Notes: a model not told the origin generated them from the sequence alone. A DNA stretch of 64,000 bases from Candidatus Omnitrophota bacterium (GCA_015494465.1 WGBD01000007.1:67009-131008), one strand, 5' to 3'; positions 1-10,151 are shown, numbered from the stretch's first letter. Program-made: numbers and translations.

Positions 1-65
1 GCCAATACCAGGACCTGAGCAATCGCAATGCCACTTGCCCGAAAGGAGTTAAGAACTGCGGTCAT
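1..65 (-). CDS. 5' end (about 21 codons) of an unidentified gene running off the window edge
   Basis: An ATG (plus-strand cat at 63-65) lies just downstream of the argJ stop at 72-74. The reverse complement of 1-65 reads MTAVLNSFRASGIAIAQVLVL in an open frame to the window edge. It is too short to identify. Confidence 0.2.
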   Translation of the reverse strand, partial: MTAVLNSFRASGIAIAQVLVL

Positions 66-71
66 ATACGA

Positions 72-1259
72 TTATTCTTTGTTTATAAGCACATAATTAG
101 GCGAAAAGTCACAGGTGAACATGTAGTAGGAGTACTTCCCGCTGTGCAGGTTTATGATCACATGCAGATCTTTGTCTATCAACAAGGCCTTACTGCGGGT
201 AAACATCGTCTTCCCCCTCTTGAAGACCGTGTGGCGATTGGCGACGATCTCCAGCTTCTTCTCGTCCACCTTCTTGCTAGCAGCACCAACCGCAGCTGCG
301 ATCCTGCCCCAGATGACCTTCCCGCCAAACACCGAACACTTGAACAGGGCAGATGTGGCCACCTTCTCTGCGACCTTTATCGCCTCGTCCTGAGAGGAGG
401 CTCCTTCTACGGTTATCTTAACGAATCGGGTTGCCCCTTCTCCGTCTCGCACGATCATCTCTGCCAGCCTGAGACAGACCGCCTTTAGTCCCTCCAGGAA
501 GGCCTTGTACTCTGCGGATTGACGAGATTTTATGTGGATCCCCCTGCCGTTGGCCAACAAGAAAACGGAGTCGTTGGTACTCATGTCTCCGTCCACCGAG
601 ATCCGATTGAACGATATAGAGACCGCTTCCTTAAGGGCGCTCTTCAACAAGGGCGTGCTTATACTGGCGTCGGTGGTGAGCACGCATATCATCGTGGCCA
701 TGTGGGGGAATATCATGCCCGCACCCTTTGCCATCCCCCCGATGGTGATCTTGCCCTTGGGGGTGTTGACCACCACCGCTGCCTCTTTAGAAAAGGTGTC
801 TGTGGTCATGATGGCCATAGCAGCAGATGTGTGTCCGACGGTGTCGGTGTTCTCTACCAAAGCGGGAAGGGCATCCAATACCTTCTTCTCCGGAAATGGT
901 ACACCTATGACCCCGGTAGAGGCCAAGAGGATGTGCTTTTCCTCGTCGTAGATGAGACGGGCCAGTTTTTTTGATATGTTAAGCGCTGCCTTGTAGCCTT
1001 CATCTCCAGTACAGCAATTGGCATTACCGCTGTTTATCAAGATCGCTCGGGCGTATCCCCCCTTTACCCTTTCCCTAGATATCTTCACCGGCTGGCCGAC
1101 GATGCTGTTTGTGGTGAACATCGCAGCAACATTGCATATGTCGTCCTCGCACATCACCAACGCTAGGTCCTTTTGCCCCTCTTTCTTTATTCCACAGGAA
1201 ATCCCCCCTGCCTGAAATCCGTCCGGCGCACACACACCTCTCGGGACCCACTTGATCAC
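72..1259 (-). CDS. argJ: bifunctional glutamate N-acetyltransferase / amino-acid acetyltransferase ArgJ (ornithine acetyltransferase)
   Basis: The 395-aa ORF carries the ArgJ self-cleavage region GMAKGAGMIFPHMATMICVLTTDA with the ATM/T nucleophile and conserved ArgJ blocks (INSGNANCCTG, LLASTGVIG). Confidence 0.9.
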   Translation of the reverse strand: MIKWVPRGVCAPDGFQAGGISCGIKKEGQKDLALVMCEDDICNVAAMFTTNSIVGQPVKISRERVKGGYARAILINSGNANCCTGDEGYKAALNISKKLARLIYDEEKHILLASTGVIGVPFPEKKVLDALPALVENTDTVGHTSAAMAIMTTDTFSKEAAVVVNTPKGKITIGGMAKGAGMIFPHMATMICVLTTDASISTPLLKSALKEAVSISFNRISVDGDMSTNDSVFLLANGRGIHIKSRQSAEYKAFLEGLKAVCLRLAEMIVRDGEGATRFVKITVEGASSQDEAIKVAEKVATSALFKCSVFGGKVIWGRIAAAVGAASKKVDEKKLEIVANRHTVFKRGKTMFTRSKALLIDKDLHVIINLHSGKYSYYMFTCDFSPNYVLINKE

Positions 1260-2257
1260 CGCAATCCCTCCTTTTCCTCCAACCCAAATATCAGGTTCAT
1301 ATTTTGAATCGCCTGCCCACTGGCCCCTTTAACCAGGTTATCTATTGTGGAGACTATAAGCAACTTGCGGGGAGCAAGCAGACGAATTGCTATGTGGCAC
1401 TGGTTGGTGTTGCGCACATCGAGATAACTCGGCAGGTCTTGTCTCACTACCACGAAGGGACTATTTGCGTAAAAAGACTCGTAGGCCTCCTTTACCTCCT
1501 CCGGATCCAGTCTTTTGTCGGTCTCTACATAGATACTGGCCACGATCCCCCTGTCTATTCCGACTATGTGAGGTACGAATACAAAGTTCTCTGCCTCTAT
1601 CCCCAGTTGGGAGAGTATCTCTGGGATGTGCTGGTGGGTGTTGGGCTTGTACGGATAGAGATTATTGGCCATGGAGACGAACAACAGCTCCTCCCTTATC
1701 TTTCGCCCCGCCCCGGAGGTGCCGGACTTGGCATCTACCCAGATCGAACGGAAGGAAAAGTTCTTTACGAACGGATAGAGACCCAGTATAACCGCGGTGG
1801 GGTAGCACCCCGGATTGGCCACCAGGCTTGCCTTCTTTATCTCCTCTCGCCTCAGTTCTGGTAGACCGTAGACCGCCTTTTTTAAGAGATCGGGACAGCT
1901 GTGCCTTACGCGATACCAGCGCTCGTAGACCTCTGCCTCCCTAAACCTGAAGTCCGCGCTCAGGTCAATCACCACCGGACCGCCCACGAGGCCAGGGACG
2001 AACTGTTGCGAGACGGTGTGGGGAAGGGCAAGGAAGACGCAATCGCACCTCTCTCTTATCGACCCCACATCTATCTCTTCCACTTCCAGATCCAATCCAG
2101 ACCAAGGATAGATAGTGGACAGCTTCTGCCCAGCACCTCGGCTTGCCACCAGCGAGACCTCAACCCTAGGATGTCTCAACAACCAACGCAGGAGCTCCTC
2201 CCCGGTGTGCCCGGTTATCCCCAATATCCCTACTCTAATGCGATCACCTGCGGGCAA
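1256..2257 (-). CDS. argC: N-acetyl-gamma-glutamyl-phosphate reductase ArgC
   Basis: The Rossmann N-terminus RIRVGILGITGHTGEELLRWL and the active-site block NPGCYPTA identify ArgC. The ORF track extends it to 2350. A TTG at 2255-2257 preceded by GGAGGTGG (SD) is proposed as the start, with an in-frame ATG at 2273-2275 as the alternative. Its stop overlaps the argJ start by 4 nt. Confidence 0.85.
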   Translation of the reverse strand: MPAGDRIRVGILGITGHTGEELLRWLLRHPRVEVSLVASRGAGQKLSTIYPWSGLDLEVEEIDVGSIRERCDCVFLALPHTVSQQFVPGLVGGPVVIDLSADFRFREAEVYERWYRVRHSCPDLLKKAVYGLPELRREEIKKASLVANPGCYPTAVILGLYPFVKNFSFRSIWVDAKSGTSGAGRKIREELLFVSMANNLYPYKPNTHQHIPEILSQLGIEAENFVFVPHIVGIDRGIVASIYVETDKRLDPEEVKEAYESFYANSPFVVVRQDLPSYLDVRNTNQCHIAIRLLAPRKLLIVSTIDNLVKGASGQAIQNMNLIFGLEEKEGLR

Positions 2258-3719
2258 AACTAACCACCTCCACATCGAACTGGTCCGGGGCCAGTTCGTT
2301 GTCCACCACGAACTGGCAGTCGGTGTTGAACCTGTGGCGAATGTTCGCAATTATGTCCTTCTGGGACTTAAGGTAATCTACAACCTCTTTTCGGGCTCTT
2401 ATTATAGCCCGTTTCTTCCTCCGCCTATCCTGCCTCAACGCGTACCTCAACTTGCGGAACAGGGTAATAGCGATCGTCCTAGGGGACTTCACCTTACCCC
2501 TCCCCGAACAGCAGGGGCAATCCACGAATGCCCGGGCTTCACTCGTTCGCTCGGTCCGTTCGCGGGTCATCTCTACCAGACCCAAAGGAGAAACCAATAC
2601 TATCTCCGACTTGGCCTTGTCGTTGGCTAAGGCTGCCTTGAGGACCGAGAGGACCTCGTTTCGATTTGCGGACAGCCTCATGTCTATAAAGTCTATTACG
2701 ATTATTCCCCCAATGTCCCGCAACCGCAACTGCCGACCTATCTCCTGGGCTGCCTCGCAGTTTACCATCAGGGCCATCTCTTCTTGATTCCGCTTGACTT
2801 GCTTGAACCTACCGCTGTTGACATCTATCACCGTAAGGGCGTGGGTCTCCTCTATGATCAAGTATCCACCACAAGGCAGGTGAACGATTGGGTTGTATAT
2901 CTCCTCTATCTGCTGTTCTACGCCCCTCAACTCGAACAGGGGCACATCAGCCCGGTACAACTCTACCCTGTCCAGGAGCCTGGGAGAACCGGACTTTATA
3001 AAGGATCGGATCCGAGAAAACTCCTTTTTATCGTCTATTACCAACCTGTCTATCCGCTCGTCGAAGTAGTCCCGCACCACCCTTAACAGGACATCCTCTT
3101 CTTCGTAGACCAAGGCAGGTGGTTTGATTCTCACTGCCCTGCGGTAAATACTTCTCCATTGATTGACGAGGTAATTGGCATCCTTTTCCAGATCGCGTCG
3201 AGGCACGCCAGTGGCTGCGGTCCTAACGATGAAGCCGTAAGGCCAGCGAAAGGACTGGACTACCTCTTTGAGTCTCTTTCTTTCCGCATCGTTCAAGACC
3301 TTTTTAGATACACCCCTCACCTTGGAAAAGGGCATCAGGACCATGTACTTGCCGGGAAGGGATATGTTGGTAGTCAAACGCGCACCCTTGCCTCCAAACG
3401 GCTCCTTGGAGACCTGCACCAAAAGGACATCCCCCTTTTGGACCACTTCTCCGATCGTCTTACCTTTGACCCTACTTTCCGCAGCAAAGATCGTATCCGC
3501 AGGCTCACTCATGTAAAGAAAACCCTTCTTCTCCAGACCGATGTTGACGAAGACTGCGTCCAAGGCGGGGGTAATGTCCTCGACTATCCCTTTGTAGATG
3601 TTATTGACGATCGACTTTTCCCCTAAGCGCTCGAAGAAGTAGTCTTCAATGCGCCCATTCTCAAGTATGACTACCCTCTTCTCCTGCTCGTCTACGCTTG
3701 CCAAAATCTCCCGAGCCAT
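2244..3719 (-). CDS. rng: ribonuclease G (RNase E/G family endoribonuclease)
   Basis: The 491-aa ORF has an N-terminal S1 domain (NIYKGIVEDITPALDAVFVNIGLEKKGFL) and an RNase E/G catalytic core (GGYLIIEETHALTVIDVNSG, IIVIDFIDM). The size matches RNase G rather than RNase E. Confidence 0.8.
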   Translation of the reverse strand: MAREILASVDEQEKRVVILENGRIEDYFFERLGEKSIVNNIYKGIVEDITPALDAVFVNIGLEKKGFLYMSEPADTIFAAESRVKGKTIGEVVQKGDVLLVQVSKEPFGGKGARLTTNISLPGKYMVLMPFSKVRGVSKKVLNDAERKRLKEVVQSFRWPYGFIVRTAATGVPRRDLEKDANYLVNQWRSIYRRAVRIKPPALVYEEEDVLLRVVRDYFDERIDRLVIDDKKEFSRIRSFIKSGSPRLLDRVELYRADVPLFELRGVEQQIEEIYNPIVHLPCGGYLIIEETHALTVIDVNSGRFKQVKRNQEEMALMVNCEAAQEIGRQLRLRDIGGIIVIDFIDMRLSANRNEVLSVLKAALANDKAKSEIVLVSPLGLVEMTRERTERTSEARAFVDCPCCSGRGKVKSPRTIAITLFRKLRYALRQDRRRKKRAIIRARKEVVDYLKSQKDIIANIRHRFNTDCQFVVDNELAPDQFDVEVVSFARR

Positions 3720-3772
3720 AAAGATGTCCTTGAAACGGATCTGGATACGAAATCAGACAGCTTTAAATCAAG

Positions 3773-3801
3773 ATTATACACCAACACCCAACGGAAGGCA
3801 A
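3773..3801 (-). promoter_or_regulatory. candidate sigma-70 promoter for rng
   Basis: On the minus strand, TTGCCT (-35), a 17-nt spacer and TATAAT (-10, preceded by TG) lie about 54 nt upstream of the rng ATG, in the 108-nt gap after the secretin stop. Confidence 0.3.
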
Positions 3802-3827
3802 GAGACCAAGGAAGGGGATAGGGCCCC

Positions 3828-5564
3828 TTACCTCTCCGCAGTCACCTCGGTCAGCCCTTCCAATCCTGCCTCCGGAGCCACCTCGGGCAAGCTGGGAGAC
3901 AACAAGGCCTGGGCCTCAGGGCTCACCGTGGCCACATCCACCTCAGGCACCGGGGAAGCGGGATCCACTATCTTACTGGTGAGGAAGATGAAGAGGTCGT
4001 TCTTGTACTTATAGGTAAACTTGCGGGAGAAGAGTTTTCCCAATACCGGCAGATCGGATACCAACGGCACCCCTATCTTACCCGTCTTCTCCTCGTCCCG
4101 CATCAGCCCACCTATCACCAAGGTATCGCCATTACGCATCATCACCTGCGTCTCCGCCTCCCGGACCTCCATTATCGGATAAGACACGGCGGTACCCTCG
4201 GTTGCATCCCCCAAGCCCGGTGAGACCTCACCGCTCTTGTTCACTACCGCAGGGTGCACTATTAGGTTGATGTAATCGTCACCACATATCTGAGGCACCA
4301 CATTCAACTGTATACCTATGTCCTGATAGTACTCAAGGTCAACGGACAGACTAACCGTACCGTTGCTTATCTCCTTGTCTATGCTGAGGATGGGATACTT
4401 CGTACCGACTAGGATAGACGCCTCCTGATTGGAGACGGTCAGGACCTTCGGAGTGGACAGGACATTCGCATCCGCCATGTCCTCCAAGGCCCGCAGGCCC
4501 AGGGTAAACTGATTACCAGTGAGGTGTTTAAATATAAACGATCCTCCCCCAGTAAATGTCTCGCGATTAATGGGATCTAGCCCTACCCCTGAGACCTGCT
4601 CATAGCCATAAGGATCTACATAATTGGCTCCCAGCAATAAGTGCACGACCTCCCTTACTGCCTCGCCCTTGTAGGACACATCCATATATGGGCTAAACGT
4701 AGTCCCGGTCATTACCTGTGCACCCAGATCCACCAGCTTCCTCCAATCCACCTCCACTATACTCGACTCGATGAGGACCAATTTGGGCATCTTGTCTATC
4801 TCCTTCAGGACCGCCTCCACCTTATCCAAGACGCTTTTGATGTCCGTTACTATCAGCTTCTTGGACCGGCTCTTTCTCTCGCTCTGCTTGCGCTCACTCT
4901 TCTCCAGCTTGCCCCGCTCTTCGCTGGCTACGAACTTCCATCCCCCAAGGTAGGTCATCTCCAGTATCTCTGCAGTACCTCGGGGAGAAAGGAAGCTCTC
5001 GACGATCTTGAGGGCATCGCCTGCGTCTATGTAGGTGAGGTCGAAGACGCGAGTCTCTACCTCCTTGACCTGCTGTAACTCCATCTGCTTCTTTTTGGTC
5101 TCTATGATCTTATCGATGGGTTTTACTATAATCGTATTACCTACCCGCTCGTATCCGTATCCATAGGCCTCTACCATGGTCTTGATCGCCTCTTCCCACG
5201 GCGTATCGGTGAAGGAGATGCTGGTGATCGTATCGGTAACTTCAGGGGAGATCACGATGTTTACCCCTGCGTCCTCGGCAATGCTCGCCAGGGCCTGGGC
5301 CAAGGTCATGTCGTTGCTGAAACTGACCGTGATCCTGGCCTCCCCTTCAGTCTTGGCATCCTTCTCAGCCGTGTCCGTCTCGCTTGCTTTCTTTTCGGAC
5401 TCGACTGACTTGGACGAGGTAGGGGTATCAACCGCCGATCCTTCCTCCGACTGGACAGTGGACTTGCTTACAGCTCCTGTATCAGTGGATCCCAAAGAAA
5501 CAGAGACCAGGACTCCAAGGCTAAATAGAGCCACTAACAAAGGAATGGATATCTTGCGGATCAT
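3828..5564 (-). CDS. outer-membrane secretin (PilQ/GspD family)
   Basis: The C-terminal secretin domain carries the signature GGLMRDEEKTGKIGVPLVSDLPVLGKLFSRKFTYKYKNDLFIFLTSKIV. Upstream of it are N0/secretin_N-like repeats (ITVSFSNDMTLAQALASIAEDAGVNIVISPEV) and a signal peptide. The ATG at 5562-5564 has a strong SD (AAAAGGAGGGGG) 6 nt upstream. The ORF track start at 5588 is 8 codons further upstream. Confidence 0.8.
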   Translation of the reverse strand: MIRKISIPLLVALFSLGVLVSVSLGSTDTGAVSKSTVQSEEGSAVDTPTSSKSVESEKKASETDTAEKDAKTEGEARITVSFSNDMTLAQALASIAEDAGVNIVISPEVTDTITSISFTDTPWEEAIKTMVEAYGYGYERVGNTIIVKPIDKIIETKKKQMELQQVKEVETRVFDLTYIDAGDALKIVESFLSPRGTAEILEMTYLGGWKFVASEERGKLEKSERKQSERKSRSKKLIVTDIKSVLDKVEAVLKEIDKMPKLVLIESSIVEVDWRKLVDLGAQVMTGTTFSPYMDVSYKGEAVREVVHLLLGANYVDPYGYEQVSGVGLDPINRETFTGGGSFIFKHLTGNQFTLGLRALEDMADANVLSTPKVLTVSNQEASILVGTKYPILSIDKEISNGTVSLSVDLEYYQDIGIQLNVVPQICGDDYINLIVHPAVVNKSGEVSPGLGDATEGTAVSYPIMEVREAETQVMMRNGDTLVIGGLMRDEEKTGKIGVPLVSDLPVLGKLFSRKFTYKYKNDLFIFLTSKIVDPASPVPEVDVATVSPEAQALLSPSLPEVAPEAGLEGLTEVTAER

Positions 5565-5621
5565 TGCCCCCTCCTTTTTGCCCCCCAATCCGATCTATCA
5601 TCGATTTAAATATAACACATT

Positions 5622-6029
5622 CTAACGCTTTTTAGTACCCTTTTTTCCTGAGCTATGCCCCTTGCGGTTGTTGGGCTTGAGCCAAAGCTCGTAAGAGTCT
5701 TTCCCATCGCTCAAGACCACATGATCAGGATAGATCTCGGTGATGACGAGCCCTGATATGCGATCCCCGACTTTGTACAGCTTCTTCTCAATGATCGCCT
5801 TGGACGGTCCCTTGGAACGATAGATGATCCCTTGGAGCCTCAGGGCAAGGACCTTTTTACCGCTGTTCTCCTCTTCTTGGAAGAGGATCTTGCCAGAGCT
5901 ATCAACCACCGGCATAAGGGGATCCTTTCTGCCGTGATCGTCGTAGACGAACTTTTTTTCTCCTCCAAAGGCGAGAAAAGAGACAGCAAACAAAAGACCC
6001 AAACCCAAAAGGACCCTAACAGATCTCAT
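5622..6029 (-). CDS. PilP/GspC-like secretin-interacting protein (signal peptide plus HR domain)
   Basis: The 135 aa from [18 protein letters not shown] form a signal/anchor. The segment [49 protein letters not shown] matches the PilP/GspC homology-region pattern (L.L.G....AII....V..GD.I....V..I....V.L). It lies immediately upstream of the secretin. The ORF track start at 6125 overlaps hisI and is rejected. Confidence 0.5.
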   Translation of the reverse strand: MRSVRVLLGLGLLFAVSFLAFGGEKKFVYDDHGRKDPLMPVVDSSGKILFQEEENSGKKVLALRLQGIIYRSKGPSKAIIEKKLYKVGDRISGLVITEIYPDHVVLSDGKDSYELWLKPNNRKGHSSGKKGTKKR

Positions 6030-6367
6030 AAGCGCCCCCCTCGATAGAAACAACTGCGGTTGCCCGTGTGACAGGCTATACCGCCCACCTGTTCCACCTT
6101 GATTAATATTGTATCCCCATCGCAATCATAATACAACTCTTTTACCAACTGATAGTGACCGGAGGTCTCACCCTTCACCCAAACCTTCTGACGGGACCTG
6201 CTCCAATAGGTGGCCTTGCCGGTCTCTATGGTCTGCTTCAGGGTATCTTTGTTCATGTAGGCCAACATTAGCACATCGCCTTTCTCGTAGTCTTGGACTA
6301 TCACTGGGATCAAGCCCTTCTCGTCGAACTTGATCTCATCCAAGAAAGAAGTGTCCAACTTATTCAT
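6026..6367 (-). CDS. hisI: phosphoribosyl-AMP cyclohydrolase HisI (monofunctional)
   Basis: The 113-aa ORF has [89 protein letters not shown], the canonical HisI metal-binding CDGD...CH...C core. No other his genes are in the window. Confidence 0.9.
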   Translation of the reverse strand: MNKLDTSFLDEIKFDEKGLIPVIVQDYEKGDVLMLAYMNKDTLKQTIETGKATYWSRSRQKVWVKGETSGHYQLVKELYYDCDGDTILIKVEQVGGIACHTGNRSCFYRGGRL

Positions 6368-7745
6368 CCTCTCCTCCTTTCTCCTTCAATCCGTACTTCT
6401 CCAGGAGATTGTACAACTGGGTCCGACTTATACCCAAGAGATTAGCAGAAAGGGATATGTTCCCGTTCGTCCGCTCCAATGCAGAGGTCAAGAGGCGTCT
6501 CTCTAACTCCTCCTTTGCCCGTTTCAGATTAAAGGATTCGCCTAGGTTGAGGGGAAACACCCCGCTAGATCCGCCGGAGGGTATCTGGATGTGCTCTCCC
6601 TTGATTAGATGGGAATCGCACAGGATCACCGCTCGCAAGATCACATTCTCTAGTTCCCTCACATTGCCTGGCCAATGGTAAGAATACAGCTTCTCGATGG
6701 CCGACTCCGACAGGCCTATAATCCTCCTCTTCATCTGGGAGGAGAGTTTATCCACGAAGTACTGGGCCAACAAGATGATGTCTTCTCCCCTTTCTCTCAA
6801 CGGGGGCAGGTGTATGTTTATCACATTGAGCCTATAGAAAAGGTCCTCCCGGAAGGTCCCTTCCTCCACCTTCTTGGAGAGGTCCGCATTGGTTGCGGAG
6901 ATGATCCGGATGTCCAAAGGCACATCCTCTACCGAGCCTACGGGTTGTATCACCTTCTCTTGGAGGACGCGCAGGAGTTTTACCTGGAGGTGAAGGGGCA
7001 ATTCCCCTACCTCGTCCAAGAACAAGGTCCCACCGTTGGCCAGCTCAAACCTGCCTTTCTTGTTGCTCACTGCCCCAGTAAAGGCCCCCTTTTTGTGACC
7101 AAAAAGCTCGCTTTCCAGGAGGTGTTCGGGGATGGCCCCGCAGTTTACCGCCACGAACGGGCCCTCCTTTCTGGCGCTGAGATTGTGGATCGCCCGGGCG
7201 ACCAATTCCTTGCCCGTACCAGACTCTCCAGTAATCAGGACCGTAAAGTCCCCGTGGGCAACATGTTGAATCAGGTCGAAGACCCTCTGCATCTGGGTGG
7301 ACTTACCCACCAATCCCGCAAAGCCTATGTCCCCAGGCAATCGGTAGCTCTTTATGGCCTCCTCGATCTCCCTTATGTGCAGGGCACGGGTGAATATGAT
7401 CTTTAGCTCTTCCACCTCTATGGGTTTCACATAGAAGTCGAAGGCCCCATTCCTGATCGCGGAGATGGCGTTCTCGCGGGTGTCGTTAGCGGTAATCACC
7501 ACGACCTTGAGGAGCGGGTCTCGGGAGAGCATCTCGGAGAGGAGTTGCAGGCCTTCGTTTCCTTCCGGGCTCCCCGAGAGGTTTATGTCCAATCCGACCA
7601 ACTGGGGACGGAAGGACTCCAGTAAAGAAAAGACCTCCTCCCTATTACCTCTGGACAGGGCCACCTCGTAGTCCTCGGCAAAGGCCCACTTCAATTGATT
7701 CAGTATCGAGGGATCGTCGTCTATTATCAACAGCCTCGGCTTCAT
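6360..7745 (-). CDS. prsR: sigma-54-dependent response regulator (REC + AAA+ + Fis-HTH), probable PEP-CTERM-box regulator PrsR
   Basis: The REC domain is [15 protein letters not shown]...DINLSG. The sigma-54 activator core has the Walker [16 protein letters not shown] and the GAFTGA loop ([11 protein letters not shown]), followed by ESELFGH and a C-terminal HTH. The PrsR call rests on adjacency to a multi-TM histidine kinase, EpsI and the exosortase. PilR is the alternative. Confidence 0.7.
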   Translation of the reverse strand: MKPRLLIIDDDPSILNQLKWAFAEDYEVALSRGNREEVFSLLESFRPQLVGLDINLSGSPEGNEGLQLLSEMLSRDPLLKVVVITANDTRENAISAIRNGAFDFYVKPIEVEELKIIFTRALHIREIEEAIKSYRLPGDIGFAGLVGKSTQMQRVFDLIQHVAHGDFTVLITGESGTGKELVARAIHNLSARKEGPFVAVNCGAIPEHLLESELFGHKKGAFTGAVSNKKGRFELANGGTLFLDEVGELPLHLQVKLLRVLQEKVIQPVGSVEDVPLDIRIISATNADLSKKVEEGTFREDLFYRLNVINIHLPPLRERGEDIILLAQYFVDKLSSQMKRRIIGLSESAIEKLYSYHWPGNVRELENVILRAVILCDSHLIKGEHIQIPSGGSSGVFPLNLGESFNLKRAKEELERRLLTSALERTNGNISLSANLLGISRTQLYNLLEKYGLKEKGGEDE

Positions 7746-7747
7746 TC

Positions 7748-9562
7748 TTAATATACCTCTTTCCCGAACCTTAATATCACCTCTGTACCGACATTCCGTT
7801 CCGAGACCACCTCTATTCTACCGTTGCAGGTCTCGAGCAACGACTTGACCTCGTACATCCCTATACCCAATCCGCTCTCTTTGGTAGTGACGAATGGGCG
7901 AAAGAGCTTCTTCCTCACGAAATCTTCGTCCATCCCCGTACCGGTATCCTTTACTATTATCGACCATTCCCCTCTATCGTTTCGTTCGCTCCAGACGGAT
8001 ATCTCGCCTTCTCCTTTCTTGCGGATGGCGTCCACCGCGTTGAGGAGGAGGTTCTCCACGATCCGGGCGAAGGCAGACTTACTGCAGTTGAGAACCAAGG
8101 CCTCGTCAATGTCAACCTCGACCCGTATACCAGTGGCTCCCAGGTTAAGTCGTTCCAAGACCTCCTCAACCACCTCCCTAGGGCTGAAGCGAGCGGTATC
8201 GCCCTCTACGGAGCTAGACTTCCGATAAGAGGAAAGCCTGTCCACCACTGCCTTCAGCCTCGCTAGTACCTCCTTTATCGTGGTGTAAGCGTCGGAGACG
8301 AATTCTGGGTTGTCTTTGTTCTTTTTCCAATTCATCACCAACAGGGAAAGACCGGAAACCGAATTCTTCACATCGTGGACCAGAAAGGAGACCACCCGAT
8401 TGAACTGGGCAAACTGCTGGATCTCCATGAGCTGACGCGACAGCTTGGATAAAGTAAGCATAACCGATATGTTCCGGCCTATCATGTAGATTAGATCCGA
8501 AGGTACCGTCCCCTTATCCAACCCCTTCAACAACATGAGCCCCACCAACTGCTTGCGAAATACCAACGGGATTATGAGTTCCACATCCTTGAATAGCTCC
8601 TCTTCCAGGCCGATTCGCCATATCTCTTCGGGAGATACGGGCCCATCCTTCAACCAAAGATACTTCTTAACCTCAGGTGGTAAGGAATCGAACGCCTCGG
8701 ACTCCCCCTTCCACACGATCGACAGATCCCCTACCCCAAACCTAGCCCTGAAGTAATCCCTAGCTCGCCTTACTATCTCGTCTTCGTCGGTTATGTCCTC
8801 AATAGTAGTGAGAAAGTCGTCCCACTCCTTGACCGGATCGTAATGTTGGTAACCTAGGATCCCCTGGAAAAGGCCCTTCATCCACCTCTTAACCCCTTCA
8901 CCGAAGAACAATATCAACCCCAAACTCACCAGACCCAGGGCTATCAGCGTCGACCAAAAGACCCTGACATCCAATCGCAATACATAGACGAGCTTGACTA
9001 TACCCGCAATCACCAGCATGTACAAGGCAGACAGCATCAGCAATGCCGAGGCGTCTACGACCTTTACGGTAGCAGTAGATCTACGGTCCCAGGTGCGCAA
9101 GGCCATGTAAAGGGAGATCAGCCCTACGCACAGCAGTGCCCACACGACGGGCCAGAGAAGACGGTTAAACATCAAAAACCAGGCCCCTAAGAAGATAAAG
9201 GCCAAGTTGTGGACCAGCAACCATACATAGGCAGAGGCCGACCCCTTGCGCAGGACCGTATCCGAGGAAAGGATGAGCAAGGCATGGCCGATAATCGCCC
9301 CTGAGATGAATATCTGGCCCCAAAGACCAAGGCTGGGATAGACCGACTCCACTGCAGACAACCCGGCGAACAGTAACAGCAACATTCCCAACCAGGGCAC
9401 CACATACCTGTACTTCCTCGCCACCGTACGGTGGGCCAGACCAAACAGGTGGAGTATCCAGGATAGGAAGAGGCCCAGCAAAACGATGTTCGGAGGAATC
9501 CAACCGCTCAGAAATCTACCCAGCAAGCCGACGAAGAAGAAGAGGAGGTAGAGTCCCAACAT
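7748..9562 (-). CDS. prsK: multi-pass membrane sensor histidine kinase, probable PEP-CTERM system kinase PrsK
   Basis: The N-terminal half is a run of about 8-10 hydrophobic helices. The C-terminal part has a GAF-like region, the H-box FLVHDVKNSVSGLSLL and an HATPase_c domain (ENLLLNAVDA...DTGTGMD...GLGIGMYEV). An ATG at 9560-9562 has GAGAGAGG upstream. The ORF track start is a TTG at 9592. Confidence 0.7.
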   Translation of the reverse strand: MLGLYLLFFFVGLLGRFLSGWIPPNIVLLGLFLSWILHLFGLAHRTVARKYRYVVPWLGMLLLLFAGLSAVESVYPSLGLWGQIFISGAIIGHALLILSSDTVLRKGSASAYVWLLVHNLAFIFLGAWFLMFNRLLWPVVWALLCVGLISLYMALRTWDRRSTATVKVVDASALLMLSALYMLVIAGIVKLVYVLRLDVRVFWSTLIALGLVSLGLILFFGEGVKRWMKGLFQGILGYQHYDPVKEWDDFLTTIEDITDEDEIVRRARDYFRARFGVGDLSIVWKGESEAFDSLPPEVKKYLWLKDGPVSPEEIWRIGLEEELFKDVELIIPLVFRKQLVGLMLLKGLDKGTVPSDLIYMIGRNISVMLTLSKLSRQLMEIQQFAQFNRVVSFLVHDVKNSVSGLSLLVMNWKKNKDNPEFVSDAYTTIKEVLARLKAVVDRLSSYRKSSSVEGDTARFSPREVVEEVLERLNLGATGIRVEVDIDEALVLNCSKSAFARIVENLLLNAVDAIRKKGEGEISVWSERNDRGEWSIIVKDTGTGMDEDFVRKKLFRPFVTTKESGLGIGMYEVKSLLETCNGRIEVVSERNVGTEVILRFGKEVY

Positions 9563-9563
9563 C

Positions 9564-10151
9564 TCACAGCCTCTCTCGCACGCTTGCGTCAAAGGCCCTT
9601 ATCAATTCCTCTCCAGCCGAGACCTCCCGAGGCGACAATACCAAGCGAATCAGATAAGTCCGCTTGGGGTGACCGGTCAAGGCGTAGTAGAGGTACTTTA
9701 GCTGATAAAGGTAATAGTTGTCCAGGTATTCGCTACCCAAGGCATACCAATACCACACCAATTGGTCGCCAGCCCTGTCCCGCACGGTCAACTGATTGAT
9801 CCTGTGCCCGTTGACAACCACCTTGCGTTTACCCAAGACCTTCTCCCCACCACCCTTAAGACACACCTCCGGAGGGTGCACCACCCTTCGATCGCTTTCG
9901 CTGACTATCACCGTAAGGTAGACGCTCCCACCAGGACAAGTATACCTCCTAGCCAGGACATTCCTGGTCCCCAAGATCTTATACACATAATCCTTGAGAG
10001 TAAGGGATTCCGAACTGCACTCCCCGAGTTCTTCAGGGACGACATTGGCCAGGTCCACTGACCTATTCACATCCCTGCCTACCTTGAAAAAGAGGTAATT
10101 CCCCGCGCAGGCAACCACGAACACCAAGAGGACTAATCCAATCCTCTTCAT
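9564..10151 (-). CDS. epsI: EpsI-family exosortase-associated protein
   Basis: The 195-aa ORF has a signal/anchor (MKRIGLVLLVFVVACAG). Its size, position immediately downstream of the exosortase and composition (YTCPGGSVYLTVIVSESDRRVVHPPEVCLKGGG) match the EpsI family that pairs with XrtA. Confidence 0.6.
   Translation of the reverse strand: MKRIGLVLLVFVVACAGNYLFFKVGRDVNRSVDLANVVPEELGECSSESLTLKDYVYKILGTRNVLARRYTCPGGSVYLTVIVSESDRRVVHPPEVCLKGGGEKVLGKRKVVVNGHRINQLTVRDRAGDQLVWYWYALGSEYLDNYYLYQLKYLYYALTGHPKRTYLIRLVLSPREVSAGEELIRAFDASVRERL

Noticed and set aside
3720-3827. Possible tRNA or terminator in the 108-nt rng-secretin spacer.
   Set aside because: No cloverleaf-compatible sequence is present. 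The only hairpin (AAGGGG-6nt-CCCCTT at 3812-3829) overlaps the secretin stop and lacks a U-tract. A promoter-like element is reported instead.
5622-6125. The 167-aa version of the PilP-like ORF, which overlaps hisI by 100 nt.
   Set aside because: The upstream 32 codons ([14 protein letters not shown]...) are Gly-rich and non-coding-like. The signal peptide begins at MRSVRVLL, giving a clean 4-nt overlap with hisI.
6360-9592. PilR/PilS annotation for the sigma-54 regulator and histidine kinase next to the secretin.
   Set aside because: The kinase has an 8-10-helix membrane domain. The pair is fused by overlaps to EpsI and the exosortase. That is the diagnostic PrsK/PrsR context. PilS/PilR would normally sit beside pilin genes. 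This is kept as an alternative at lower weight.
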